IMG/VR virus record: IMGVR_UViG_3300020477_000032
Coordinates: 1 to 54,509 of that record
Source of the DNA: a virus
Lineage: Duplodnaviria > Caudoviricetes
Strand: one strand, 5' to 3'
DNA: 54,509 bases
Numbering within the stretch: position 1 is the first letter of the stretch; every line of letters starts with the position of its first letter. Shown one piece after another: positions 20,396 to 30,428 of this stretch. Made by a program: the position numbers and the translations under genes. Under the pieces are notes generated by a model. It saw nothing but the letters and a program-made list of their open reading frames with translations, made no database searches and was not told the origin of the DNA.

Positions 20396-22048
20396 ATGGC
20401 AAAATTTTTAGGATTTGAAATAACGAGAGCAAAGAAAAAGAATTTAGAAACGTTTGCTCCACCAGAAAACGATGACGGTGCGTTGCCTATTGCGTCAGGT
20501 GGTGCATTTGGTCAATACGTTGATATGGCAGGGTCTATCAAAAATGAGATAGAACTGATTAATCGTTATCGTGATATGGCACTTCACCCAGAATGCGATG
20601 CAGCTATAGATGATATAGTAAATGAAGCAGTCATAATGCCAGAAGATGAAGAAAGTGTTGTCAAATTAGATTTAAATCAATTGGGTGCGCCCGATACTGT
20701 CAAGAAAAAAATACATCAATCCTTTGATGAAATAGTTGACAAACTAAAGTTTGACACCCAAGCATATGAAATTTTTAGACGATGGTATGTTGATGGTAGA
20801 CTCTATTATCACATAATTATTGATGAAAAAAATAAAAAACAAGGAATTCAAGAACTTAGGTACGTTGATCCAAGAAAGATCAGAAAGGTCAGAGAAAATA
20901 AAAAAGTAAAGACCGATAAAGGTGATATGGTCAAGAAGACCGAAGAATATTTTGTATACAATGAAAAAGCAATAAAACCAGATGCACAAATATCAGAAGC
21001 AGTTAGGATATTGCCTGATGCAATTGCCCATGTAACATCTGGTTTGTTTGACCACGCAAAGAATGTGGTCGTAAGTCATTTGCATAAAGCAATAAAACCG
21101 TTAAATCAATTGAGGATGATGGAAGATGCGTTAGTAATCTACCGTATCAGTCGGGCTCCAGAAAGACGACTATTCTACATTGATGTAGGAAACTTACCCA
21201 AAGCAAAAGCAGAACAATATTTGCAAGACACAATGAATCGGTATCGTAATAAACTGGTTTATAATGCTGATACGGGTGAGATTAGAGATGACAGGAAGCA
21301 TATGTCAATGTTAGAGGATTTCTGGTTGCCTAGACGAGAAGGTGGACGAGGTACAGAAATTTCAACATTGCCCGGCGGTCAGAATTTAGGAGAAATGGAA
21401 GATGTTATTTACTTCCTCCAGAAATTCTACAAGTCGTTGAATGTACCATCGTCCAGAATTGATGACCAGAATAGTTCTGGTTTCTCTTTAGGTAGAGAAT
21501 CGGAAATAACAAGAGATGAATTGAAATTTTCAAAGTTTGTTCAGAGGTTGAGAACAGAATTCACTGATTTCTTCAATCAACTGCTCAAGGCACAATTAGT
21601 ACTACAGGGCATAATCAAACCTCAAGATTGGGATAAGATTAAGCACGAAATTCAGTACGTCTATGCAGAAGATAACTTTTATAGAGAACAGAAGAACAGT
21701 GAAATTTTAAACATGCGATTGGAAGCACTCAGCACAATATCCGAGTATGCTGGACGTTACTTCTCAATGGCATGGATAAAAAAGAATATTATGCAAATGA
21801 CGGATAAGGAAATAGTCGAAATGCAAAAACAGATTGATGCAGAGGTTGATGGTGGGAAAATTGTTAAAGATGCTACAATCGAGTGGGGTGGTGTAGGGCC
21901 ACAGGGGCCTCCAGAACCCGAAGTTCCAGAAAAACCACCCGAACAAGCACCTGACAATCAACCATCACCAACCGATGCACCAACTGAAGAGGAAGTACAA
22001 TTTTTAAAAGAATTAGACACAATTCATAGTCAAATAGAGGATGTATAA
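20396..22048 (+). CDS. gp20: portal protein gp20
   Basis: IYRISRAPERR, DFWLPRREGGRGTEI, EITRDELKF. Confidence 0.98.
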   Translation: MAKFLGFEITRAKKKNLETFAPPENDDGALPIASGGAFGQYVDMAGSIKNEIELINRYRDMALHPECDAAIDDIVNEAVIMPEDEESVVKLDLNQLGAPDTVKKKIHQSFDEIVDKLKFDTQAYEIFRRWYVDGRLYYHIIIDEKNKKQGIQELRYVDPRKIRKVRENKKVKTDKGDMVKKTEEYFVYNEKAIKPDAQISEAVRILPDAIAHVTSGLFDHAKNVVVSHLHKAIKPLNQLRMMEDALVIYRISRAPERRLFYIDVGNLPKAKAEQYLQDTMNRYRNKLVYNADTGEIRDDRKHMSMLEDFWLPRREGGRGTEISTLPGGQNLGEMEDVIYFLQKFYKSLNVPSSRIDDQNSSGFSLGRESEITRDELKFSKFVQRLRTEFTDFFNQLLKAQLVLQGIIKPQDWDKIKHEIQYVYAEDNFYREQKNSEILNMRLEALSTISEYAGRYFSMAWIKKNIMQMTDKEIVEMQKQIDAEVDGGKIVKDATIEWGGVGPQGPPEPEVPEKPPEQAPDNQPSPTDAPTEEEVQFLKELDTIHSQIEDV

Positions 22049-22059
22049 GGAGTTTTTAG

Positions 22060-22242
22060 ATGGCAACAACCGATTTAGTAAATGCGATTTTGAATGATGA
22101 TAATGTAGAAGCAATGAATCAGTTCAATATAGTTCTTGCTGATAAAATAAATGATGCTTTAGATGTTAAAAAAGAACTTGTTGCCACTGATTGGTTGAAT
22201 AGCATCGACAATGAAGAAGAAGTCGAAACAGAGGTAAAGTAA
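22060..22242 (+). CDS. small acidic prohead core protein (gp67-like position)
   Basis: Synteny after gp20, size, acidity, SD AAGGAG. Confidence 0.6.
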   Translation: MATTDLVNAILNDDNVEAMNQFNIVLADKINDALDVKKELVATDWLNSIDNEEEVETEVK

Positions 22243-22243
22243 T

Positions 22244-22621
22244 ATGGCACAAAAAGTTTTATTCGATCAATCGACAATAAAAGGAAAGGCATCGTATTTA
22301 ATCAATCTTGCTAGTGGTGGTTCCGAAACGTTAGATATTTCTGCGTTGGATGATTCTAGTGGTGCAACAGCAAGAGTTAATATAGTTGATGTAAAATGGA
22401 CATCTGCCGCTGGTGTAACTATTGCTTGGGATGCTGGAACAGATGAAACAGCAATGCAATTATCAGGAAATGGTGTCTGGAAAGAAGCACAACTTCCATA
22501 TAGTACTGCTAGTGGTGCAACTGGTGATATTATAGTAACTGCTGGTAGTGGTGTTGCAACTGTTGTCATTACCGTTAGAAAAGTTGCTGGTTTCACTGGT
22601 AGAACAGACTATTCTGGATAA
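22244..22621 (+). CDS. hypothetical virion protein
   Basis: Packed between gp67-like gene and gp21; beta-rich. Confidence 0.65.
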   Translation: MAQKVLFDQSTIKGKASYLINLASGGSETLDISALDDSSGATARVNIVDVKWTSAAGVTIAWDAGTDETAMQLSGNGVWKEAQLPYSTASGATGDIIVTAGSGVATVVITVRKVAGFTGRTDYSG

Positions 22622-22631
22622 AGGGGTAAAA

Positions 22632-23285
22632 ATGAAACTTATAACGGAAGTTAATGAAGAATTGGAAGTTATTGAGATTGAAGAAGGTACAGACGGCAAA
22701 AAAGGTCTGTATTTAGAAGGTGTTTTCCTTCAATCCGAAACTGTCAATCGTAACAAAAGGTCTTATCCAAGATCAATCTTGGAGAGGGAAGTAAAACGAT
22801 ATAAGAAAGATTATATCAAAGAAAATCGTGCTTTTGGTGAACTTGGACATCCAGAAGGCCCGACTATCAACTTAGAACGTGTGTCTCACATGATAACTGA
22901 ATTGCGAAGATCTGGCAACGATTGGGTCGGCAAAGCAAAGGTTATGCGTGATACACCATACGGAAAAATAGTTGAAAGTTTGCTCAAAGAAGGTGCTAGA
23001 CTTGGTGTATCTTCTAGGGGTATGGGTTCATTAGATGAACAGTCAAATGGTACGAAGATAGTAAAAGATGATTTTCATCTGGCAACTGCCGCTGACATTG
23101 TTGCTGATCCGTCTGCACCTAATGCATTTGTTAATGGTATTATGGAAGGAAAAGAATGGGTCTGGAATAACGGTATTATTCAAGAATCTGATGTTGCTGA
23201 AATGAAACAGAAGGTAGATGTACCAAAACAAGAACGTGAACAAATCGCATTACAAGAATTTGAAAGGTTTTTGTCAAAATTATAG
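22632..23285 (+). CDS. gp21: prohead protease gp21 (start revised to MKLITE)
   Basis: GELGHP, GVSSRGMGS, DIVADPSAP. Confidence 0.96.
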   Translation: MKLITEVNEELEVIEIEEGTDGKKGLYLEGVFLQSETVNRNKRSYPRSILEREVKRYKKDYIKENRAFGELGHPEGPTINLERVSHMITELRRSGNDWVGKAKVMRDTPYGKIVESLLKEGARLGVSSRGMGSLDEQSNGTKIVKDDFHLATAADIVADPSAPNAFVNGIMEGKEWVWNNGIIQESDVAEMKQKVDVPKQEREQIALQEFERFLSKL

Positions 23286-23289
23286 TTAT

Positions 23290-23297
23290 TATAAATA
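23290..23297 (+). promoter_or_regulatory. late promoter TATAAATA (gp22)
   Basis: Exact consensus followed by ACAATAC. Confidence 0.9.
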
Positions 23298-23342
23298 ACA
23301 ATACAAATAAATCTATACATAGATTAGCAAGGAGAAAGTAAC

Positions 23343-24764
23343 ATGGAAGCATTGGAAAAAGATTTTCAAGACTTAGTTGCTTCTGAAGAACAGGAAATTT
23401 TGGATGCGGTAGAACCAATCCAAGAAGAACCAGTTGCTGAAGAAGATACTGAAGAAATTCTTGAAGAAGAAGAAGAAATAACTGCTGAAGAACTCGAAGC
23501 ATTTAAAGAGTTAATTGCTGAACTCAAAAAGGAAAATCCTGACATCGACTTCGATAATGTTGATATAGTAATATCCGAAGATGGTGAGGTTGAAGTGTAT
23601 GAAGAAAAATTTGCAAAAGGTTCAACACCACAATCAAGACGAAATGCTAGATTACGGTATAAGGCAAATAAGGTCAAAATTAAACTACAACGAAAGCAAA
23701 GGGCAAACAAACCCATTGACAAAGAAAAGTCAAAAAGAATGAAAAAGGCCTTTGCATTATTAAAACATTTTGACCCATCTGATGTTGCTTCTGATGATGC
23801 CGTTGCAATCGGTGAAGAACAGCAAGACGTTCAAGAATATACTGCTGGTGTTCAAAAACGACCAGTTAATGTCCTAGTATGGAGAACTATTGGTGGTGAA
23901 CTAAAGAAAGTAAAACGTTGGACAAGCAAAGGTAAAAAAGGTATCAACAAAGGGCCGAAATCTGCCGCTCATAAAACTGCTATTTCCAAAGCAATGTTAA
24001 GAGCATGGAAACCCGGCGGAGCTGCTCGAAAAGCTGCTGGTAAAGCAGAAGAATCAGTTGATTACATTGATGCTTTAGGAAACGGTGAAACGTTATCCGA
24101 AACCTTTAAAGATAAAGCAAAAGTTATCTTTGAATCCGCAGTAAACACCGAAGTCGAATCAGTTTTGAATACTTTGGAAGAAGAAGTACATGCTATCTTT
24201 GACGAAGAATATCAAACTGCTGTCAACGAAATGACCACTAAAGTCGATTCTTATATGGCATATGTCGTAGAAGGATGGATGGAAGAAAATAAAATGACAA
24301 TCGAATCTGGCATTCGTGCTGATATTGCCGAAGATTTCATGTCAGGTCTGAAAAAACTGTTTACAGAAAATTACATCACCGTTCCAGAAGAAAAGGTTGA
24401 TGTGGTAGAAGAATTGGCAACTAAGGTCAAGGTGCTTGAAGAAAAATTGAACCAAGAAGTTACTGCCAATATCGAGTATAAGAAAGAATTGTCAGAACAC
24501 AAGCAATCTGACATACTAACTTCTTTGACATCCGATTTAACTTTCAATGACCAAGAAAAATTGAGAGAAGTCGCAAAGGGTGTTATTTTTGAAAACGAAT
24601 CGGATTATACTGAAAAAATCCAAACGTTAAAAGAAAGTTATTTTCCTAAAGAAGAAAAAGAGCAAGAAAGTGCTTTACTTACGGAAGATACTGAACCAAC
24701 GTTTGAACAGTCATCAGGTTCAATGGATGTTTACACGCAAGCAATTGCCAGATCAATCAAATAA
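23343..24764 (+). CDS. gp22: prohead scaffold gp22 with basic insertions
   Basis: LSETFKDKAKVIFESAV, WMEEN, FMSGLKKLF.ENY, LKESYF; synteny. Confidence 0.92.
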   Translation: MEALEKDFQDLVASEEQEILDAVEPIQEEPVAEEDTEEILEEEEEITAEELEAFKELIAELKKENPDIDFDNVDIVISEDGEVEVYEEKFAKGSTPQSRRNARLRYKANKVKIKLQRKQRANKPIDKEKSKRMKKAFALLKHFDPSDVASDDAVAIGEEQQDVQEYTAGVQKRPVNVLVWRTIGGELKKVKRWTSKGKKGINKGPKSAAHKTAISKAMLRAWKPGGAARKAAGKAEESVDYIDALGNGETLSETFKDKAKVIFESAVNTEVESVLNTLEEEVHAIFDEEYQTAVNEMTTKVDSYMAYVVEGWMEENKMTIESGIRADIAEDFMSGLKKLFTENYITVPEEKVDVVEELATKVKVLEEKLNQEVTANIEYKKELSEHKQSDILTSLTSDLTFNDQEKLREVAKGVIFENESDYTEKIQTLKESYFPKEEKEQESALLTEDTEPTFEQSSGSMDVYTQAIARSIK

Positions 24765-24771
24765 CAAGTTT

Positions 24772-24779
24772 TATAAATA
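24772..24779 (+). promoter_or_regulatory. late promoter TATAAATA (gp23)
   Basis: Exact consensus upstream of SD AAGGAG. Confidence 0.9.
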
Positions 24780-24813
24780 GGAATAGAACATTCCGAACAC
24801 AAGGAGAAAAGAA

Positions 24814-26211
24814 ATGCAAGGGATTTCACAACATTTAATCGAAAAATGGAAACCTGTTTTGGATCACGAAGCACTCCCTGCTATCAGTGATTCTTACAGA
24901 CGATCCGTAACTGCCATGCTTCTTGAAAATCAAGAAAAGGCAATATCCGAACAAAAATTGGCAGAAAATTCAATCGGTTTACTGACTGAAGCTGCTCCAA
25001 CAAACTCTGCTGGAACTGGTGGTTTTGCTACTGCTGGTGGAAGTGGTGTTGCTGGTTACGATCCAATTCTAATTAGTTTGGTTCGTAGAGCTGCTCCTCA
25101 AATGATTGCTTATGACATTTGTGGTGTTCAACCAATGTCTGGCCCATCTGGTTTGATTTTCTATATGAAATCATCCTATGTTGGAGATCAAGCAACTGAT
25201 GGAACTATGGCAAAAATCTCTGACCCAGAAGCACTCTTTGGTGAATCACAGACTGCTTTCTCGGCATCCGAAGAACAGGATGAAGTTGCTGGTATTGATA
25301 CTGCCGCTACTAACGCTGCTTCGACAGACCCCTTTGCCGCTGATTACTATGGTGCTAGTCAAGACACCGTAACTGGTATGAATACGTCAAAGGCAGAAGC
25401 ATTAGGTGGTGCAACTGTTAATAATTTCCGTGAGATGGGATTCACCATCGACAAGGAAACTGTAACTGCCGTAACCAGAGCATTAAAAGCAGAATATAGT
25501 ACCGAATTAGCACAAGACTTGAAAGCAGTTCATGGTCTTGATGCTGAAACCGAACTGTCAAATATCCTCTCAACTGAGATCTTATCCGAAATCAACCGAG
25601 AAGTTATCCGTACAGTTATTGGTTCTGCTAAATATGGAGCTCAAACTGGAACCACAACTGAAGGTACTTTTGACTTAGATACCGACAGTAATGGTCGTTG
25701 GTCAGTCGAAAAGTTCAAAGGTCTACATTTTAGTTTAGACCGAGATGCTAATGCTATTGCCGTTGATACCAGACGTGGACGTGGAAATATCATCATCTGT
25801 AGTGCTGATGTTGCTTCTGCTCTGTCAATGACAGGTACGTTGGATACTGGTGGTGGTGGTGGACAAGGTGGATTATCTGCTGATGGTGTTACTGGTAATA
25901 CCTTTGTAGGTACTCTGAATGGCAAATACAAAGTATATGTCGATCCTTATTTCAATGCCGCTCATGAATTCTACACAGTTGGATATAAAGGTTCTTCACC
26001 ATTTGATGCTGGAATCTTCTATTGTCCATATGTACCATTACAAATGGTCAAAGCAACTGGTGAGCAAACATTCCAACCAAAAATCGGATTTAAAACCCGA
26101 TATGGTTTGACTGCTAATCCGTTTACTACGTTGACTGAACCATCTTCAGTAGCAAATGCCACTAATGGTAATGCTTATTATCGTAAAGTTAAAGTTTCAA
26201 ACCTAATGTAA
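24814..26211 (+). CDS. gp23: major capsid protein gp23
   Basis: LLENQE, GVQPMSGPSGLIF, ELAQDLKAVHG, FQPKIGFKTRYG. Confidence 0.99.
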   Translation: MQGISQHLIEKWKPVLDHEALPAISDSYRRSVTAMLLENQEKAISEQKLAENSIGLLTEAAPTNSAGTGGFATAGGSGVAGYDPILISLVRRAAPQMIAYDICGVQPMSGPSGLIFYMKSSYVGDQATDGTMAKISDPEALFGESQTAFSASEEQDEVAGIDTAATNAASTDPFAADYYGASQDTVTGMNTSKAEALGGATVNNFREMGFTIDKETVTAVTRALKAEYSTELAQDLKAVHGLDAETELSNILSTEILSEINREVIRTVIGSAKYGAQTGTTTEGTFDLDTDSNGRWSVEKFKGLHFSLDRDANAIAVDTRRGRGNIIICSADVASALSMTGTLDTGGGGGQGGLSADGVTGNTFVGTLNGKYKVYVDPYFNAAHEFYTVGYKGSSPFDAGIFYCPYVPLQMVKATGEQTFQPKIGFKTRYGLTANPFTTLTEPSSVANATNGNAYYRKVKVSNLM

Positions 26212-26235
26212 GATTAGTTCTACCTTAGGGCTAAC

Positions 26236-26275
26236 AAAGGGGAGTTCCATCGACCTACTGGACTCCCCTTTTTTT
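26236..26275 (+). terminator. intrinsic terminator after gp23
   Basis: AAAGGGGAGT-TCCA...TGGA-CTCCCC followed by T7. Confidence 0.85.
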
Positions 26276-26307
26276 GTTGCCTAAATATAAATGATTAGAG
26301 GGGTATT

Positions 26308-26841
26308 ATGAGTTTCTTAGACAACTTACCAGACAATTATAATTTACTATCACCAGTTGGGTTTCGTTTGACTTTTAGAAAGTTGCCTAATGTAGCATAT
26401 TTTTGTCAAACCATCAATATACCCGATCTTTCAGTTTCTGAAATAACTGTACCGACACCAATGCGTGATTTTCCTATTTTTGGAGATAATTTGACCATTG
26501 GAACAGTTGATTTGAGTTTCGTGGTTGATGAAGATTTAGCAAACTATCAGGAAATACAGTTATGGATGCGTGGACTGACATCACCAGATGATTTTACTTC
26601 ACACAGATCATTGATTGATTCACCTACTAATAATTTTTCAGATGAAGGTGATCTGCTCTCGGATGCAACTTTGCATATATTAACTAATACAATGAACAAT
26701 AATAAAAATGTAGAATTCAAGGGCATGTTTCCGACATCTCTGGGAGCAGTAGAATTTACAACACAGGATACCGAAGTTTCTGCCATTACGGTTAGTGCTT
26801 CGTTTGCTATAAGGGATTATATAATTAAAACAGTTACATGA
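26308..26841 (+). CDS. gp3: tail completion protein gp3
   Basis: LSPVGF, YFCQ, FVVDEDLANY, SDATL, FPTSL. Confidence 0.9.
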   Translation: MSFLDNLPDNYNLLSPVGFRLTFRKLPNVAYFCQTINIPDLSVSEITVPTPMRDFPIFGDNLTIGTVDLSFVVDEDLANYQEIQLWMRGLTSPDDFTSHRSLIDSPTNNFSDEGDLLSDATLHILTNTMNNNKNVEFKGMFPTSLGAVEFTTQDTEVSAITVSASFAIRDYIIKTVT

Positions 26842-27260
26842 TGACGTTACAACAATTATATGCAGAAACAGAAAAAGATGTGGGGGATGATCTGATAACC
26901 ACGAATAGTAAAATACCATATCTTTATGATAAATATCTAAAATTATTGATTACAAACCGTTTAGAACTCACCAGAAAAAAACAAGAATACAGCAGAGTAT
27001 ATAAAGACAAACACGAATATTATACTGGAAAAAAATCACCACAGGTCTATAAAGAAAAACCTTTTGATATTAAAGTTCTGAAAGGAGATTTGCCGATTTA
27101 TCTTGATGCAGATGATGATTTGGCAAAATTGAATGAAGGTGTTGAGTATCAAAAGGCAAAAGTTGAATTTCTTGAGCAAACTCTAAAGAATATTAGTAAC
27201 AAGTCGTTTGCTTGTAAAAACTATATTGAATGGGAAAAATTACAGAATGGTATCACCTAA
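26838..27260 (+). CDS. uvsY: recombination mediator UvsY
   Basis: KIPYLYDKY, YYTGK, YLDAD, KNYIEWEK; synteny. Confidence 0.9.
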   Translation: MMTLQQLYAETEKDVGDDLITTNSKIPYLYDKYLKLLITNRLELTRKKQEYSRVYKDKHEYYTGKKSPQVYKEKPFDIKVLKGDLPIYLDADDDLAKLNEGVEYQKAKVEFLEQTLKNISNKSFACKNYIEWEKLQNGIT

Positions 27261-28719
27261 TGCATTATACATCTCAAAAATAGATGAGGTGTATATTAAA
27301 ATTGATTGTGAAATGGGAATTGCTCAAGAACTATGTGATTTTTTTACATTCTATGTTCCTGGCTACACTTTTGTTCCATCTTATCGTGCCAAACTTTGGG
27401 ATGGAAAGATTCGTTTATATTCCATTGCAACTAGAAAACTCTATGGTGGTCTGCTACCATACGTTTTACAATTTGCTGATAAACGGAAATATAAATATGA
27501 GTACCCCAAAGAAATGAAAATAGAACGGACTCAAGTTAGTAATGAGTTCGTTGATTCATTGAAATTACAGTCTAATGGAAAGGGAATTGATGTTCGTGAT
27601 TATCAAAAAGATGCCATTAATCATGCACTTACCAGCAAAAAAGCACTTCTCATTTCACCAACAGCATCTGGAAAATCTTTAATAATTTATACCATATTGA
27701 GATATTTGCAAAAACAGTCATTGATAATTGTTCCTACCACTTCTTTGGTTGAACAAATGTATAACGATTTTATGGATTATTCGACTAATGATAAATGGTA
27801 TGTTGATCTGAATTGTCATAGGATATATTCAGGTCAGTCGAGGAAAACAGATTTGCCTATTGTTATATCGACATGGCAATCGTTAGTAAACGAAAAAAAG
27901 GATTTCTTTAAAAGGTTTGAAGTGGTTATTGGTGATGAAGCACATGGTTTTAAGGCAAAATCCTTAACTTCTATTATGACTAAATTGGTCAATGCAGAAT
28001 ATAGGATTGGAACAACTGGAACTTTGGATGGAACAAAAACCCATCAGTTAGTGCTTGAAGGATTGTTTGGTGTTGTCAAGCAAGTTACAACAACCAAAAA
28101 ATTGATGACTGAAAACCATTTGGCAAATTTAGACATACATTGTATTGTTTTAAAATATCCAAAGGAAATATGCCAACAGACCAGAGAATATGATTATCAA
28201 CAGGAAATAGATTTTTTAGTAACTAATGAATTGAGGAATAATTTCCTAGTGGAAATGGTTTCCAAACTGAAAGGAAATACATTAGTCTTATACCAATTAG
28301 TCGAAAAGCATGGAATTATATTGTACGATTTAATCAAAGAAAAACTGCCTAATAAAAATGTCAGTTTTATACATGGTGGGGTAAAAACTCTTGAAAGAGA
28401 AAGAATACGAAATGAAACTGAGGTTGGAGATAGTAATATTATCGTTGCATCCTACGGAACGTATAGCACTGGTGTCAACATCCGTAACTTACATAACATT
28501 GTATTTGCCTCACCGACCAAAAGTAGAATACGCAATTTGCAGAGTATCGGGCGTGTTCTCAGAAAATCCGAAAGCAAAATAAAAGCAAATCTTTTTGATG
28601 TTTCGGATAATCTTACCTACTTATCACATCAAAATTACACTTGGAAACATTTATTGGAGAGATTGAAAATATATCGTGATGAGAAATTTGACTTCCATGT
28701 AAAGGAATTTTCCCTGTAA
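27247..28719 (+). CDS. uvsW: UvsW helicase (start uncertain)
   Basis: WDGKIRL, SPTASGKS, DEAH, QSIGRVLR. Confidence 0.96.
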   Translation: MVSPNALYISKIDEVYIKIDCEMGIAQELCDFFTFYVPGYTFVPSYRAKLWDGKIRLYSIATRKLYGGLLPYVLQFADKRKYKYEYPKEMKIERTQVSNEFVDSLKLQSNGKGIDVRDYQKDAINHALTSKKALLISPTASGKSLIIYTILRYLQKQSLIIVPTTSLVEQMYNDFMDYSTNDKWYVDLNCHRIYSGQSRKTDLPIVISTWQSLVNEKKDFFKRFEVVIGDEAHGFKAKSLTSIMTKLVNAEYRIGTTGTLDGTKTHQLVLEGLFGVVKQVTTTKKLMTENHLANLDIHCIVLKYPKEICQQTREYDYQQEIDFLVTNELRNNFLVEMVSKLKGNTLVLYQLVEKHGIILYDLIKEKLPNKNVSFIHGGVKTLERERIRNETEVGDSNIIVASYGTYSTGVNIRNLHNIVFASPTKSRIRNLQSIGRVLRKSESKIKANLFDVSDNLTYLSHQNYTWKHLLERLKIYRDEKFDFHVKEFSL

Positions 28720-28746
28720 TTTGCTCCCTCTTGGCAAGACGAGCCA

Positions 28747-28775
28747 AGCTTACCATATAAAATTTCATTTGTCAA
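28747..28775 (-). promoter_or_regulatory. divergent sigma70-type promoter antisense to uvsW
   Basis: Minus strand TTGACA-N17(ending TGG)-TAAGCT. Confidence 0.5.
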
Positions 28776-28789
28776 GTTTTTTTTATTTC

Positions 28790-28818
28790 TTGACTTTTTT
28801 AGTAAAATATGTTATAAT
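28790..28818 (+). promoter_or_regulatory. sigma70-type promoter
   Basis: TTGACT-N17-TATAAT with extended TG. Confidence 0.85.
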
Positions 28819-28845
28819 ATGTCAAATATCAAAAATGAGGGAATC

Positions 28846-29391
28846 ATGAAGAATGATAAACATTACATTGATAATAAGTTATTCTATCAAGAGATGGTCG
28901 ATTTCAGAAAAAGAGTAGATCAAGCAAGAGAAGAAGGGAATCCTGATCCACCAGCAACAGAATTTATGGGCAAGTGTTTTTTGGGAATTGCTAATGGTCT
29001 TTCATATCGACCTAATTTTATTAATTATACCTACAAAGAAGAAATGATTGCTGATGGCATAGAAAATTGTTTACAATATTGTTCTAACTTCAATCCAGAA
29101 GCATCAAAAAATCCATTTTCATACTTTACTCAAATAATATATTATGCATTCGTTCGTAGAATTGAAAAAGAAAAAAAGCAATCGTACATAAAAAGCAAAA
29201 TTGCAATGAAAATGATAGATGAAAAAACATTGGCAGAATTTTCAGAACAGGATGATATTTTGTCTAAGAGATATTTAGAAGATTTGGTTACGACTGATCC
29301 AGAGAATGTAATTGCTTTTGAAAATCAATTAGCAAGAAGAAAGGAAGGTCGTAAAAAATATAAGAAAAATTTAGAGAGGTTTATGGAGTGA
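28846..29391 (+). CDS. gp55: late sigma factor gp55 (start revised)
   Basis: HYIDNK, RPNFINY, MIADGIENC, NPFSYFTQI; ATG 28819 abuts the -10 box. Confidence 0.96.
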   Translation: MKNDKHYIDNKLFYQEMVDFRKRVDQAREEGNPDPPATEFMGKCFLGIANGLSYRPNFINYTYKEEMIADGIENCLQYCSNFNPEASKNPFSYFTQIIYYAFVRRIEKEKKQSYIKSKIAMKMIDEKTLAEFSEQDDILSKRYLEDLVTTDPENVIAFENQLARRKEGRKKYKKNLERFME

Positions 29392-30428
29392 AAGTTGCAC
29401 TTATTACCGATACCCATTTTGGTGCAAGAAATGATAATAGAGTAATTCAGAAACATATTAATCAGTTTTTTGATGATACCTTTTTCCCGTATTTAAAGGA
29501 ACACGATATAAGGGAAATAGTACATTTAGGGGATTTGATGGACAAAAGAAAATCTGTTTCCTATTTGACTTTAAAGTATGTTCGAGAAAATTTTATAGAG
29601 AAAATAACTGAAAATGCTATTCAGACTCACGTTATAGTCGGGAATCATGATGCTTACTATAAAAACACCAATCAGGTTAATTCGGTCAATGAGTTATATG
29701 GTGAAACTCCGTATTTGCATATTTACGATACAGCAAAAACTGTAAATTTGGGTGATAAACTCAAAGTTTGTTTCATTCCCTGGCTCTGTGCAGAAAATGA
29801 AGTTGCATCTTATATTCATATGGACAAAACAGATGCTGAAATTGCAATGGGTCATTTGGAATTAACAGGATTTTTGATGTTTAAAGGTTCTATTGCAACA
29901 CATGGACTAGACAAAGATATATTTGCCAAATTTGATAGAGTGTATTCTGGACATTTTCATTTGAAGAACGATGATGGACATATTTACTATCTAGGCACAC
30001 CATATGAGTTGATGTGGTCAGATTATGGTACGGATCGTGGTTTTCATATATTTGATTTAGAAACACAAGAATTGGAATTTATTCGTAACCCAAACACTTT
30101 ATTCACCAAGATTTTTTATGATGAAAAGAAACCATTAGAAGACTTGAGTGTTTATACTGATAAATTTGTTAGGGTGGTTGTGGCAGAAAAACCGACTGAC
30201 CCATATAGATTTAATCTCTATATTGACCGTTTATATGAGGTTAATCCAGCACAATTAACAGTTGTAGAAAATTTTGAAGAATATCAGGAAGAACAGCAAA
30301 TTGAAGGTACTGAGGATACAATTACTATATTGGGAAATTATATCAGAGGTTATCGAACAGATTTGGATTCTGCAAAATTGGAAAATATGGTTAGGACATT
30401 ATATACAGAGGCATTGAGTGTAGAATGA
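29388..30428 (+). CDS. gp47: recombination nuclease gp47 (Mre11-like)
   Basis: DTHFG, HLGD, GNHD, SGHFH. Confidence 0.96.
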   Translation: MKVALITDTHFGARNDNRVIQKHINQFFDDTFFPYLKEHDIREIVHLGDLMDKRKSVSYLTLKYVRENFIEKITENAIQTHVIVGNHDAYYKNTNQVNSVNELYGETPYLHIYDTAKTVNLGDKLKVCFIPWLCAENEVASYIHMDKTDAEIAMGHLELTGFLMFKGSIATHGLDKDIFAKFDRVYSGHFHLKNDDGHIYYLGTPYELMWSDYGTDRGFHIFDLETQELEFIRNPNTLFTKIFYDEKKPLEDLSVYTDKFVRVVVAEKPTDPYRFNLYIDRLYEVNPAQLTVVENFEEYQEEQQIEGTEDTITILGNYIRGYRTDLDSAKLENMVRTLYTEALSVE

